From the IMG/VR virus record IMGVR_UViG_3300017909_003024, positions 1,991-65,990 of that record: a stretch of DNA of 64,000 nt; one strand, 5' to 3'. Of this stretch, positions 39,972 to 52,900 are shown piece by piece. The stretch is from a virus. The first letter of the stretch is position 1; every line of letters starts with the position of its first letter. Both the position numbers and the translations under genes were made by a program. The notes under the pieces are model-generated. The model was not told the origin of the DNA, searched no databases, and saw only the letters and a list, made by a program, of their open reading frames with translations.

Positions 39972-42900
39972 TAGCTATATCCCAAGGTTATACTTGTTAT
40001 TGGAGATGGATCACCCTTGTATCTTACTAATACATATAGTTGATTATCACTATCATCAAGATACATTCCGTCTGCATTTCTAATTGGAATGGTATAAGTT
40101 GTAGATGATAAATCACCACCTGTATTTCCATATAAATCTATTGCTGTACTGAATGGATTTTTATGATTATCATTTGATATATTGGCTTCAATTACGTTAC
40201 TGGTTGTAGCAGTAGGATCGTATATTCTAGCCCTACTCAATGCCACATTATTACCACTTCCATTACCAGAACTTTCAAATAAAATAACAGCAGCCACACC
40301 ATTTGATGTAGAGTTCCACGCTACTAACGTTGTTCCAAGATTCAAAGTCATTGATGTTTTTGTACCACTGCTTGTTTTTTGAAATCTTCTTATATAATAT
40401 TTGTATGTACCACTACCAAAATTAGTTGGAAACCAATACCCCCTTGTTCCACCAGGATCTACTAAGAAACCAGGTTTTACTTGTAAATCATAATCACCAA
40501 GAACGGCATCTCCATTGTCATTTGTCTTATAACTATCAGTTGTAAAGTAAGCACCATTAAATGCCTGTACATTATCAGCCAATACGATTCTAAAATCTTC
40601 ACCTGTAAATGTTTCTGTAGAATCAGCCAATGTATTGTTATCATACCCTTGAGCTCTACTGTACACAGCCATACTTCCACTACTCGATGGTTGACCAAAT
40701 AATGAAGCATCATAAAAACTTATAGTAGATGTGGTTGATGTTGTACTACTATTTTTCCAATTTCTAGCAGTAGTTCTAAATGCTAATGAATAATTTAAAC
40801 TTTCTTGTGACGATCTATTTTGAACAACATTGGATGAGTTGCTGTCTAATGAGAAACTAAAAGATGAAGTAGCAACAGAAACATCAGTTCTATGAGGTAT
40901 TTGGTTTGAAGTTCTTTTTGTAGTAAAATCATTAGAAATTACATAAGTGGAAGCTCCTGTAGATTGTACACCACTATTGGTCACTGATACAGATGTGTTT
41001 GTTAAGGAAGTTGAACCGATATTATCCCATGTATCAGTTGGTTTACTATTAACCAATGGCGATGTAGCATATCCATAACAAGGATCGAAACAATTAGTCG
41101 CACTAGCAGAATAGGTAAACGCATAAGTAGTTGTCAATAGATAAGGAGCTCCACTTAATGATCTAGATGTAGCTGAAAATCCAGTTCTAACAAAACCTTT
41201 TGATATAGAGGGCGTTGGAGCACCATCTGTTATATCACTTGGTAAGTCACCAGTGTAGAGATAGAAAACTGTCGAACCATCTGTTCCATCTTTATATTGA
41301 AAATCAGACATTGAACCTGTTTTCAATCCAACTTTTATATCATCTGTTTTATAATATCCACTGGCAGATATTGTATTTTGATCAACAGAGCCAGTATGAT
41401 GAAATCTACCACTAAGAGGTCCTAATACATTATTAAAATCACCATCTTGAAAAGCAGCTGGTATAACAGCAGGTTGAGATGTATTTATTTTTGCTAATGA
41501 TAATCCATTTGATGTACCAAAATTACTTATTGTGTAATCTACAAAAGATGATGTATGAAATGTAGAATTTTTATCAGGTGTTGAATCAGAATAATTATCA
41601 CTGAAAGAAGCTGAAGCAATAACCTTTACGGTATATGAAGTAGCTCCACCATTAGTTAAACCACCTAAACCAAAAAAATTTGAATTACTAAATATAGCAC
41701 TTGAACCACCAGCATTTGCTGTTATTGTAAAAGTGTTTGTGTCAAAAGTACCATTAGTTAAAATAGTACTTGGTATTCTAGAGGCATAACTTCCATGAAA
41801 TGGATTTGTTCCTGTATCATTTCCAAATGTACCTCTATCAGATGACTGTAACCACCCCTTTGTTTCTAAATATTTTTGTACTTTTCTATATGAACCAGTT
41901 TCACTCATATCAATGTAAGATGAACCTGTCCAATGAGCAGATAATCTAGCATTTTCATAAGTAGATCCCAACACACCATTTAATAAACTATCTTTTGATG
42001 TTGTTGAACCAGCAGTGTGTGATGTACTAACATCATTCCAAAATTTTGTATTAGGAGTTGGTGCTGCCGTGTCAATAGAATGACTGATTACACCAGCCAT
42101 AAATCTTAATATTTCCGATACATGAGTTGTGTTATCAAAGTTATTAAAAAAACTACCTTCTAAATTTTCTTGCCATCTGTTAGAAACAGGATATCCATTT
42201 TGGATATTGTTTGTAAAGATAGCAGTGGATGATGTCAATGGTGTGTTAACACTTAATGTAGTAGACTCTGTTCTACCAAATGAACCAGTTGAAGTTACTG
42301 AACCACTTATATCACCACCATATTCAAAAGCTGTTATTTTTCCACTAGCACTAATATTATTTATTATGGTACGATCTAAAGCACCAGAAATATGTAGATT
42401 TTCTGTAACTGAACCCGAACCTATGAATATATGATCTATATTTAATGTTTCTAATGAACCCCCTCCACCACCAGATAATAAAATAATCTCTCCATTTGTT
42501 GCAGATGATCTCAATACAGTTCCAAGTTTTTGAATCTCTACTCCAGCACCTGTTGGTTTTGTATTTTGTAATACTTCAACACCAAGAAAAAGTTCATCTC
42601 CTACTGAAAAACCAGATGTGTCTAAATCACTACTTCTTACCAATCCACTTAATATTACATTACCTGTTTCTGTAGCAATTACATCTTCTTGGTAAATACC
42701 TATTGCTGCTTTACCATCTACATCATTTCTAGCCTTATCCACGCCATAGATATTATCTGATTCATAACTTGTTATATAAACTGGTGTACCGGCATTAACA
42801 TCTCCACCAGACAAATTCTTACCCACAATTGAAGTTCTATCAGCAAAGTCAAATGTAAGGTTACCACTGGCATCATTTATCAATACTTTATCAGCAGAGC

Positions 42901-43909
42901 CCGTTACATCATTTATATTTATTTTAGTAACATTCAGTTCATCAATTGAAGCAGTGTTGATGGTAACTGTATCTGATATATTTATTCTTCCAAAAGAAGC
43001 AGTTCCAGCAAAATTAACATCACCACTTGAACTAATTACACCAGTTACATCTAATATCCCACTAATTGTTGTATTTCCACTTATTGAAGTAGAACCACCA
43101 ACTGTTAATACACCAGGTGTTACAAGTGAACCAAATGAACCAGTTGATGTTGATGAACCACTTATTGTACCAACAGAATCAATTGTGAGAACTGAACTTG
43201 TAACAGCTAAAGCATTGGCTTGTATATCTGTAATAAATAATTTATTCCATTGTTGAGAATGACTTCCCAAATTAAATGTGGCATTATCATCTGGTATAAA
43301 ATTAGAATCAATATCAGCAGCAAATGAGATGTTATCAGTAGGAGCATTACCAAAAGTAAGATTACCCTCGATCACTGCATCACCACTTACAGACAAATGA
43401 GCAAATGAACCACTGTTTGATATTGTTAAATCACTAGCAGTTATAGCGTTTGATATAGTTGTGCTGCCTTGAACCTCAAATATATTTCTAGTGTTTTCTA
43501 CTTTACCAATAGCAACATTATTCAAAAAATAATTATCAAAAGTATCACTACCACTGACTCTAAGTGAACCAGTAAATATATGTAAATCTGTTCCGACTGT
43601 ACCAAATATATTTGAACCACTGATGATTAAATTAGAAGATGTTACAAATGATTGAGTCGTGACTATTAATTCATCAAATCTACCTATATTAGCTTCAATA
43701 GTACCAGCAACATTTAACTGATATGGAGTAGCTTTAGCAGATCCAGGTGGTCCTATAGCAACCTTACCATCATGGGTAACCTTCATACTGTTATTTATAA
43801 TGATATTATCAAATAACTTATCACCAGTAAAAGCATCATAAAGTTCAGTTATGATTACTGGTGTTAGGGTTTGTCCATCACCAATTCCTGTTTTTACTAG
43901 AGTTGCCAT
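39971..43909 (-). CDS. Large virion structural protein
   Basis: 1312 aa, S/T/G-rich, shares SGS.TSTGSFG motifs with its neighbours, GTPVYI...DTSGFSVGDELFL domain. Confidence 0.65.
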   Translation of the reverse strand: MATLVKTGIGDGQTLTPVIITELYDAFTGDKLFDNIIINNSMKVTHDGKVAIGPPGSAKATPYQLNVAGTIEANIGRFDELIVTTQSFVTSSNLIISGSNIFGTVGTDLHIFTGSLRVSGSDTFDNYFLNNVAIGKVENTRNIFEVQGSTTISNAITASDLTISNSGSFAHLSVSGDAVIEGNLTFGNAPTDNISFAADIDSNFIPDDNATFNLGSHSQQWNKLFITDIQANALAVTSSVLTIDSVGTISGSSTSTGSFGSLVTPGVLTVGGSTSISGNTTISGILDVTGVISSSGDVNFAGTASFGRINISDTVTINTASIDELNVTKININDVTGSADKVLINDASGNLTFDFADRTSIVGKNLSGGDVNAGTPVYITSYESDNIYGVDKARNDVDGKAAIGIYQEDVIATETGNVILSGLVRSSDLDTSGFSVGDELFLGVEVLQNTKPTGAGVEIQKLGTVLRSSATNGEIILLSGGGGGSLETLNIDHIFIGSGSVTENLHISGALDRTIINNISASGKITAFEYGGDISGSVTSTGSFGRTESTTLSVNTPLTSSTAIFTNNIQNGYPVSNRWQENLEGSFFNNFDNTTHVSEILRFMAGVISHSIDTAAPTPNTKFWNDVSTSHTAGSTTSKDSLLNGVLGSTYENARLSAHWTGSSYIDMSETGSYRKVQKYLETKGWLQSSDRGTFGNDTGTNPFHGSYASRIPSTILTNGTFDTNTFTITANAGGSSAIFSNSNFFGLGGLTNGGATSYTVKVIASASFSDNYSDSTPDKNSTFHTSSFVDYTISNFGTSNGLSLAKINTSQPAVIPAAFQDGDFNNVLGPLSGRFHHTGSVDQNTISASGYYKTDDIKVGLKTGSMSDFQYKDGTDGSTVFYLYTGDLPSDITDGAPTPSISKGFVRTGFSATSRSLSGAPYLLTTTYAFTYSASATNCFDPCYGYATSPLVNSKPTDTWDNIGSTSLTNTSVSVTNSGVQSTGASTYVISNDFTTKRTSNQIPHRTDVSVATSSFSFSLDSNSSNVVQNRSSQESLNYSLAFRTTARNWKNSSTTSTTSTISFYDASLFGQPSSSGSMAVYSRAQGYDNNTLADSTETFTGEDFRIVLADNVQAFNGAYFTTDSYKTNDNGDAVLGDYDLQVKPGFLVDPGGTRGYWFPTNFGSGTYKYYIRRFQKTSSGTKTSMTLNLGTTLVAWNSTSNGVAAVILFESSGNGSGNNVALSRARIYDPTATTSNVIEANISNDNHKNPFSTAIDLYGNTGGDLSSTTYTIPIRNADGMYLDDSDNQLYVLVRYKGDPSPITSITLGYS

Positions 43910-46900
43910 TAATTACCTTGACCTCTAATGTTTCCAATGTAATTTACTTTCCAAACACTTGTAACATAAATATTTTGACTCGTTAAGCTATGAATAGCAC
44001 CACTTGATTGATATGATAAACCAACTAAACTATTTGCACTTACATCAGGTGGAGTTTCTTCATCCATATCATACTGTGTAAAATCACTTCTAACCACTTC
44101 ATAATATGTATTAGCTGACATTGTGCTAGTAAAATCAGCTTGAGCAGCCTCAACAACTGTTGATGAACCATTAGCTATTGTATGTAATCTCCAGGTTATA
44201 TTAGGTGTACCATCTGTTACGCCTGAAAACCTCCAACATATTCTCTGTAACTCCATGGCAAATGGTGACAGATAAGCAGATGTCGGTCTACCATTTACGA
44301 TCATAGCAGTCTGTTCAGTATTATCGTTCCAAGGTAAAAATATCTGAGAAGTGCTAACAGTAATTGAATGGTTATGTGACCACTGAGTGTAATGCCACCC
44401 TTGAGCACCAGGTCCATACCCCGCAAAATCATGTGCTGGAGTTCGATCCTCAACCTTCAGATTGTGAACAGTAACGTGTTTAAATGAACCAGTATTAACA
44501 TTACGAATATTAGTAGTATTTGCTGAACCACTTAGGTTAAATGAGAAGTGTCCTGCAGCATCAGTAGCAGAAGTGCCTGGAGCATGTTGTATTTGTAAAT
44601 GATTACCTAATTTTATAACAATTCCATTTTCTGAAGACCTACCCGAATAAGCAATATAACTCTCCATATTGTTTCCATCAGCTCTACCAAGTCCAGCAAA
44701 AAAACCAGAAACAGTTTCACCATTAAATACCAAAGCATCAGCAACCACACCTTTTCCAGATCCATATGCACTAGATAAACCTTGAAAGGAAGAACTAATA
44801 GCACCCTCGTAACCCCCAATGTACATAGCAGATGCTACACCATCATTACCACCAATAGTTGATGCCCCAGCATCAAGATTTACCGATGGAGATAATCCTA
44901 TATTTTGTGCTATAACACCAAATGTTGTTGCCGTATTATCAGCATCATTTATTATTTTTATATAACTACCAGTAACATTTGAAAAATCTCTTTGTTCAGG
45001 TATAGTTGAATCTAAATAACCAATATCATCCCAAACAGCATCATTATGAGCACCAGCATTTAAACCGTTTCCATTAAAAGCACCAAAAATTGTTTGTTGT
45101 GGTGTGGTAGTAAATCTACCTTGAACAACTTCAAATAAATTTAATTTTGGTGCCTTTATTGATGATAATTTTATCATGGCTAAATCTTTAGAACCTGTAG
45201 ATGGGGATAAAGTGATGTTTTTCTTAACACTGCCCGTTAGAGTTTCAGTTTTTCTAAAACCCTCTGGTAATATCTCGTACCCAGCAATATCACCAGAAGT
45301 AGCAGTTACCTTACCTTCTATTTCAAGTTTTGGTGTTAATAATGATCCCGCATCAAGAATAAAATTTGATGAACTGATTTGTAATACGTCAGCACCATCT
45401 CTACCCATATATCTAAAATAAGAACCAGTAGAGCCCATAAACACACCAGGTATCGCTTCACCTGGTGCACCAATTGCTCCAAAAGAATCAATAACAATAC
45501 CTTTTCCATTACGTTGTGGTGTTGCTGTAGTTTGGGCAAGATTACCTGTAGAGGTAAAAATTTGATTTGATGCACTTACAGCACCAGTATGACCATCGAA
45601 GAATAATCTCGCATGAGTTTGTCCAAGCCCCAATGACTCCACACTTTGTATTATTCTAGATCGTGATCCACTTTCTTGAGATACCATTCTTTGTTCAACT
45701 TTACCAGGTAAAGCAGAATCAGAACCTTGTGGAAAGTATATTCTTTGCATAAAACTACCAGAGGCAATTGACGTAGTTATAACATCACCTGATAAATCTC
45801 TTGTTTCACTTCTATCGTGAAAATCTCCTAATTCTCTAAAATTACCTTGCACACGACCAAAGTTTTCAATCATAGTGCTATCGTTTGCTGGTTTTGTATT
45901 TACTAATTCATATAGTGTGGCATTACCATTGTTTCTTATAGCGTTCATTCTGAAAAGAAGTGAATTATGAGATCCTGTATCAGGTGATAATGTAACAGAA
46001 GCAGTTAGTTGACCATCGGTAAATACAGATTTTTTCAAAGCTTTGGGTTCTATTTCAAATCCACCGATTTCACCAGCAGTAGCCCTTACCGTTCCTTGCA
46101 TTTCTAATCCAGCAGATGAAGCAGATAAAACTGTGGTGTTGGCATCAGTTTTTATTTCAAATGCATCACTACTAATTGATATATGTTCTCCACTTGTACT
46201 TCCTATTGTTGTAGTCGCACCATAGGAAGCAAGTTCACTTCCATTATCAGCCCTAAGAATATTTAATCCATCACTGGTTATTTGTACAGCAGAAGCAACT
46301 GAAGCAGAGTCGACTAATTGTTGAGCTGTTTGTTCAGCCAACGAAGCAGATACAGCATTTGATGAACCACTAATTGCATCAGCTAACTGTGCTGAACTTG
46401 AAACCAAATTACCAATGGTTAAAGTTCCTCCAAAAGTTGCAGTTCCATCTGCAGCAACAGAAAATTGACTTCCCATTCTGATACCATTGGCATCCATAAT
46501 AAGTCTTTCATTACTACCATCTTTTAGTTTAAAACTACCTGAGTCGATAAATGTGTGGGCACTATCCGTTGATCCTATAGTTGTGGTTGTTCCAAAAGAA
46601 GCAGATGTTTTTCCATTTAATACAACATCAAAACTATTTGCATCCATCATAGCATAGTTATTATCGTCAAATTTTACTCTTACATCAGATGAATTGATTG
46701 CTATTTTTTCCGTACTTCCTTCAAATAAACTAAATGCGGTATCTGTTATTTCAATTCTATTATCATCGGACTTACCGATTGTTACCTTATTGCTAGCCAG
46801 TGTTGTTCTAACCGTACCACCTTGTTTTAATTGAACACCACTTGAGTTTACAATCATTTGATCGTTTGTACTAGCACCATTTAAAGTCACACCAGTATTT

Positions 46901-49900
46901 AATAATGAAGCTCTAGTTGAAGTACCGTCTTTTATTGCTAATCCACTTGTATTTAATAAAAGGTGTTCAGCGCCTGTATTACCAATTGTTGTAGTACCAG
47001 CAAATTTAGCAACTCCAGCACCACTTTGTGATATCGTTAAACCACTGGCATCTAATACGGCTTTGTTATTAGAATCTTGTATGATATCAACAGAATCACT
47101 ATCTATACTAACATGTTCAGCACTAGTATTACCAACAGTAGTTGTGGCACCAAATGAAGCAAAAGTCGTATCTGTTCCACCAGAATCTACAATTAAATCA
47201 ACCGAATTATCATCTATAAAAACTCTTGATTTATCATCAGCATTTTCACCAATCGTAACTGTTGTTCCAAAACTAGCTAATGTCTTACTTGTGTCTTGAC
47301 TTTTCAGAGACATTCCGTTTGAGTCTAAGACTACTTGTGTTGCCATAGCAGCTGCTGAAGCAGATGCTGGTGCTGAAGAACCACTTATCGCATCGGCTAA
47401 CTGAGCAGAACCTGATACTGTTCCATCAGGTAAATCACTAGGAGAAATTGTAATAGCACCATTAAATGTCGCATCACCACTGGCATTTAATGTAATACCA
47501 TTTGATACTGAACCAATTTGCATACCATCAGCATCCATAGATAATCTTACAGTATTTCCATTTGCCCCTCCTTTTAATTTTAAAGAAGCACTTGTTATCT
47601 CAACATGCTCAAAACTTGGATTACCTATTGTTGTGGTTTCAGCAAATTTAGCCCTTTCAACTCCACCCGATACTATCTGAATACCTTCATTATAAAAACG
47701 AGCAAAAGAACCAGTATGATTAGCAAATGCAAAAACACCATCGGTATTCAACCTTAGTTTCATATTACCATCATCATCACCAACCCCATCAAAAAACTTA
47801 GTATTTACTCCATAAGAAACTAAATTTAGATTACTATTATTTCGTAAGTCCATACCACCACTATTGAGAACAACTTGTGTTTCCATCGTATCAATAGCAG
47901 CTTGAGCAGTCGAAGCGGCCGCAGTTGCGGTGACAGCAGATGATGATGCTTCAGATGCCGATGCTACCGCATCATTTGCTATGGCTTGTGCCACACTTGC
48001 AGATATTTGAGCCACAGAAGCAGAAACTTCCGCGGCAGCGGCACTTGCTGAAGCAACACTTGCAGAAGCAGCTGCACCAGCACCAAAATCAACTTCTGAT
48101 GTAGAACCAGCAGCAATCGTAATCTCCCCAGCAACTTGAACTGCACCACTTGATTGATTAAAACGTATGAAATTACCTGAAGCATTACCAGCTAAGAAAT
48201 TACCTGCACCATCTACAAAGAAACCAGTTCCACTTGATATATCAGTTGGTGGAGTAGCACCAAGAGCAATCTTACCAGTTCCATCGGTTGAAAGATCAAA
48301 TGTGGATGTATCAATATTTAGATCACTTGTTACTAATTCTAATGATGTACCTGAAAATGTAAGTCTATTTCCACTGGCATTACCAACTCTGAAGTCACCA
48401 CTACTACTCATAAAGATACCTGTACCAGCAGTTCTTGTAGCAGTTGAAGCATTTGATGTGTCAAAGGCTAAACTTTGTGTGGTCATCAATAATTTAGAAC
48501 CACCTTTCAAAGTAAAGTTTTCAGATACTATTTTTATATCACCAGCACCATCGTGAAGAATAAAACTGTTTGCATCTCCTACCTTAAACTGACTATCGGT
48601 ATACCAATAGTTGTTATTGTTTATATGAATACCATCATTAGTAGAATCAACGTTAGTACCAAGTTTCATTATCTCAGAAGCAGAAGTATTGATGTGAACC
48701 ACACCAGTAAATGAACCTGTCGTAGCATTTATACCACCTTTAAAGAAACCATTTTCTGTAAAGATACCAAAACCAGGATTAGCATTTCCAAACAATGTCG
48801 CACTACTTAAACCACTGAGATCACCTACCCTTGTTTTTAATTCTACATCATATATACCAACACCAGTTCTTTCCACAATATCCATGTAAGGTGTGGCTTG
48901 ATCATTTGGATTAGCATTTAATCTTATGTAACCAGTTCCAACTTTACCAGTTGATACTATTACTTGACCTGGTTCGTATGATTGTGAGTTTGCCGGTGTT
49001 CCACCTAATGAACCACTATCCCCTAAAGAACCACTACCGTATCCTCTAGTAACCATAAGTTTACCAGCAAAATTAGTGTCACTAGAATCATCATCTCGTG
49101 AAGCACTATTAACCAATACATATTCTGTTGTAAAACCTGTTTCGGTTACTTTCTTTAAACTTAAAATTTCACCCGCTACAAAACCACTTACATTTACAAC
49201 ACTCATTGTATCAAAACTAGCAGATATCTGACCTGATCCTGTAAGTGCTGTTGAGTTAGCAACATATAACTGACCACCTACAGCATTAACTGTTTCTTTT
49301 TCAAATACAGCAGTAGATAGAGTTCCACGAATTGTAGCATTTTCAAACTCAGCTTCTCCGTTACCAATCGAAGATATTCTCCAACCCTTTACACCACTAG
49401 CAAAATCAGCAGTTTCTAATCTACCACTTGAATGTATAATTAGATTATCAGATTGTATTTGATCATTCGTAATTGTCCAACCACCAATGGTATTTCCTTC
49501 ACCACCAAGTTTTACCAATGTATTAGAATCAGCAGTTCCACTTCCATCGTAAACTTTTAATCCGTATAAATCAGAAGCACTATCTGATATCTCACCAAAT
49601 CGTATTACCTCATTTGAAGAACCATTTACAACTTGTATTCTACTTGTTGATGAATCTATATCTAGTGTTGCTGTATCTAATTTGAAAGTATCTGTTTTTA
49701 TATCCACACCTGTTGATGTGTCAAATCTAACGTAGTTGGTAGCATTTCTCGTAAGATCAAATGATGGAACATTATTATCCATACCTAATATAATACCAGC
49801 AGTTGATGATTGAGCAAAAGCAGTTTTACTACCCATGGTGATAAAATTATCTGTACCACCACCTTGTATTGTAATTTTATTTGCTGAACCAACTACAAGT

Positions 49901-52900
49901 TTTGAATTAGCCGAATCAAATAATAAATTACTACTTGTTATATGTGTTGATGTTATTCCAAAACCACCAACTTTTCCACCAGTAAACAGAACTGTTGAGC
50001 CTGTAATTTGTCCACTATTTTTTAATATTAAATTGTCGTTAGAACTACTGATAGCAGTTGCACTTATACCATATCCACCAATTGTTCCAGCAACAGCTTT
50101 TAACACCCCAGCTTTAGTTACACTAAATGGTGCTAATCCAAAAGTATTATTACCTAATTGTATACCCTCGTCAGCATCGGCTACAAATAAATCTGTAGAA
50201 GCGGCATCTCCTAATGTAATTCTTTTACCTGATGCATCTATTTCAAAATTTGTTGCTGTTAAACTATTACCACTTATTGTAAATCCAGCGATTTTACCAG
50301 CAGTAGCAGTAACAGTACCAGACATATTTACATTACCAGCAGTATCTAAATGAAAATTAGATGAACTAATTGCTATATTTCCATTAGATCCTGTAACAAA
50401 TTGACTTGTCCCACCTAAGAAAAATGACTCGGCTTTCATGTCTAATTTAACAGTAGCATCCTGATCTACTTTTATGAAATTATTTGCATCAACCCTTACA
50501 AGAAAATCACCTAACCCATTCATGTAAACACCAGCATTTGTACCATCGATATTTACATTTGGTGTAGCACCTAAGGCAATAGTTCCGTTTCTTGTAGCAG
50601 AGTCTATTACCAATGTTCCAGCATCTAAATCAAATACTTGTGACCTAATATCAATACCACCACCAGCAGATATTTTTAAATAATCATTATCACTTACATT
50701 ACCTTTTATTAATACATTACCACTTGAGTCTGCAAAGAATCCACTATTGGTTGTAGCAGTGGTTGTGGCATCACTTAATCCACCAACTTCAATAGAACCA
50801 GCAGAGTTTAATGTTACCACTCCACCAGTTAGTGTACTATCAGTCATTACCCAACCACCAACTTTTCCACCAGTAAATAATGCTTGTGAACCTGTTACAT
50901 CTCCATTTTGTTTTACATTAAAATTAGAAGATGATATAAACATATATTTAGGGTGATCAATACCACCAACTGCTGGACTACCACTGATAAAAATTTGACC
51001 ATTGTTATCTGAAAACGAAGAACCATCGGTTGTAAAACCACCAATAATACCTTTACTTGCAGATACAGTTCCTTCAAATTGAGCACCACTAGCAAATAAA
51101 ACACCATCAGTATCGACAGCAAAATTAGGACCAAACTTTACATAATAATTTTTAGTATTACCTTGATCTGCTGGTGAAAAATCAATGTAATATTCATCAC
51201 GAAGAATATCAAAAGCAGCCGAGTTATCTGTATCAGGACCAGCATCTGATCTAAACAGAGCAGCACCAGCACCATCAAGTGTGGCATTATTACCCACAAG
51301 TGTATCACCACTGATTGTCCAACCCGCAATCTTACCAGCAGTTGCTGTTATAGTGCCTGACATACGAACTGTTCCATCCGTATCGAGATGAAAGTTACTT
51401 GAAGTAATCTCTATATTACCACTTGAACCACTTACAAATTGTGATGGACTTCCCAAGAAAAAAGTTGGGACTTCCATTGTTAAATTAGAACCACTGATTT
51501 TACCACCAGTAAATAATACATTTGATCCTGTTATATCTCCACTTGCTTTGACATTGAAATTAGAACTTGATATAAACATATCATTATCAGTAGCAGAAGA
51601 ACTGATGAAAAAACTATCTGTAGAGAATGCATCATCAGATAAATTAAAAGAAGCTATTTTACCGCCAGTAAATAATACTTGTGATCCTGTAATCTGACCA
51701 CTGTCTTTTAATTTTAATATTTCACCAACTGATACAGTTCCTTCAGCAATAGTTAATCCACCAACATCCCCACCTTGTAAAGATAAATCTGAAGCACTGA
51801 CTACACCTTGAGCATCAACTGAAAAACCAGATGATGAAATAAATAGTTCTGCACCCGTAGCGGCACCACTGATAAAAAAGTTTGTGGATGATAACGCATC
51901 AGCTGATACACTAAAACCACCGATTTCTCCAGCAGTTGCCGTGATTGTTCCAGCCATACTGACATTTCCGTTGGCATCTAAGTGAAAATTAGAACTACTT
52001 ATTTCAATGTTACCTAATGAACCACTTACAAACTGTTGACCACTACCTAAGAAAAAGTTAGATGAACTAATAATAGTATCAAAACCATCAAACTGAATTC
52101 TAGGTCCTTGAGAATCACCGATTAATAAGTTACCATCACCATCTACATAAAAACCCTTACCACTATTGAATTCTGTAGGTGGTGTTGAACCAACAGCCAT
52201 TACACCGACATCACTTGAACTTATAATAAATCTAGCAGTATTAAGATTAAAATTACTAGTTTGCATTATCACACCAGTATTTTCAACCATTACAAAACTT
52301 TGAAAATCATCAGATCCAAATCTAGATAAGTTATCAGCATCGATTACAAATGAACCAGAAGCAAGTAGTAAAGATGAAGCAGAAATTTGACCACTAGCTT
52401 TTAAAATAATTTTTTCATTAGCAGAATTTATTCTAGATTCTGATATATGAAATCCACCAATTTTACCATCAGCAGCCTCAATTGTTCCAGCCATTGAGAC
52501 ATCACCATCTGGTTGTAAATGAAAATTACTAGAACTTATTTCTATTACACCACCAGAAGCACTTATAAATTGTGTAGACCTAGAACCAACAAAAAATGCT
52601 TTAGCTCTAATATCTAATTCTGATGGATTTGACCTAAATCTTAAAAAACTTTCTGTGTCGGCAAATAATTCTAAACCCACACCATCATAATCATCACCAC
52701 TTGATGTTAGAACTGAACCACTGAAGAACATAACACCACCAGGTGCTAATCCTTGACTAGCACTAGCAAAACCTTGATAGTCTACTGTTTTTAAATAAGC
52801 ACTACTTTTACCCGATTGTTCAAATCCTTTACCAACTGCTTGACCAGTATACATCGAACCAGCAAGTAGATTATCTTCTTGTTCAATAATCATCGGTGAA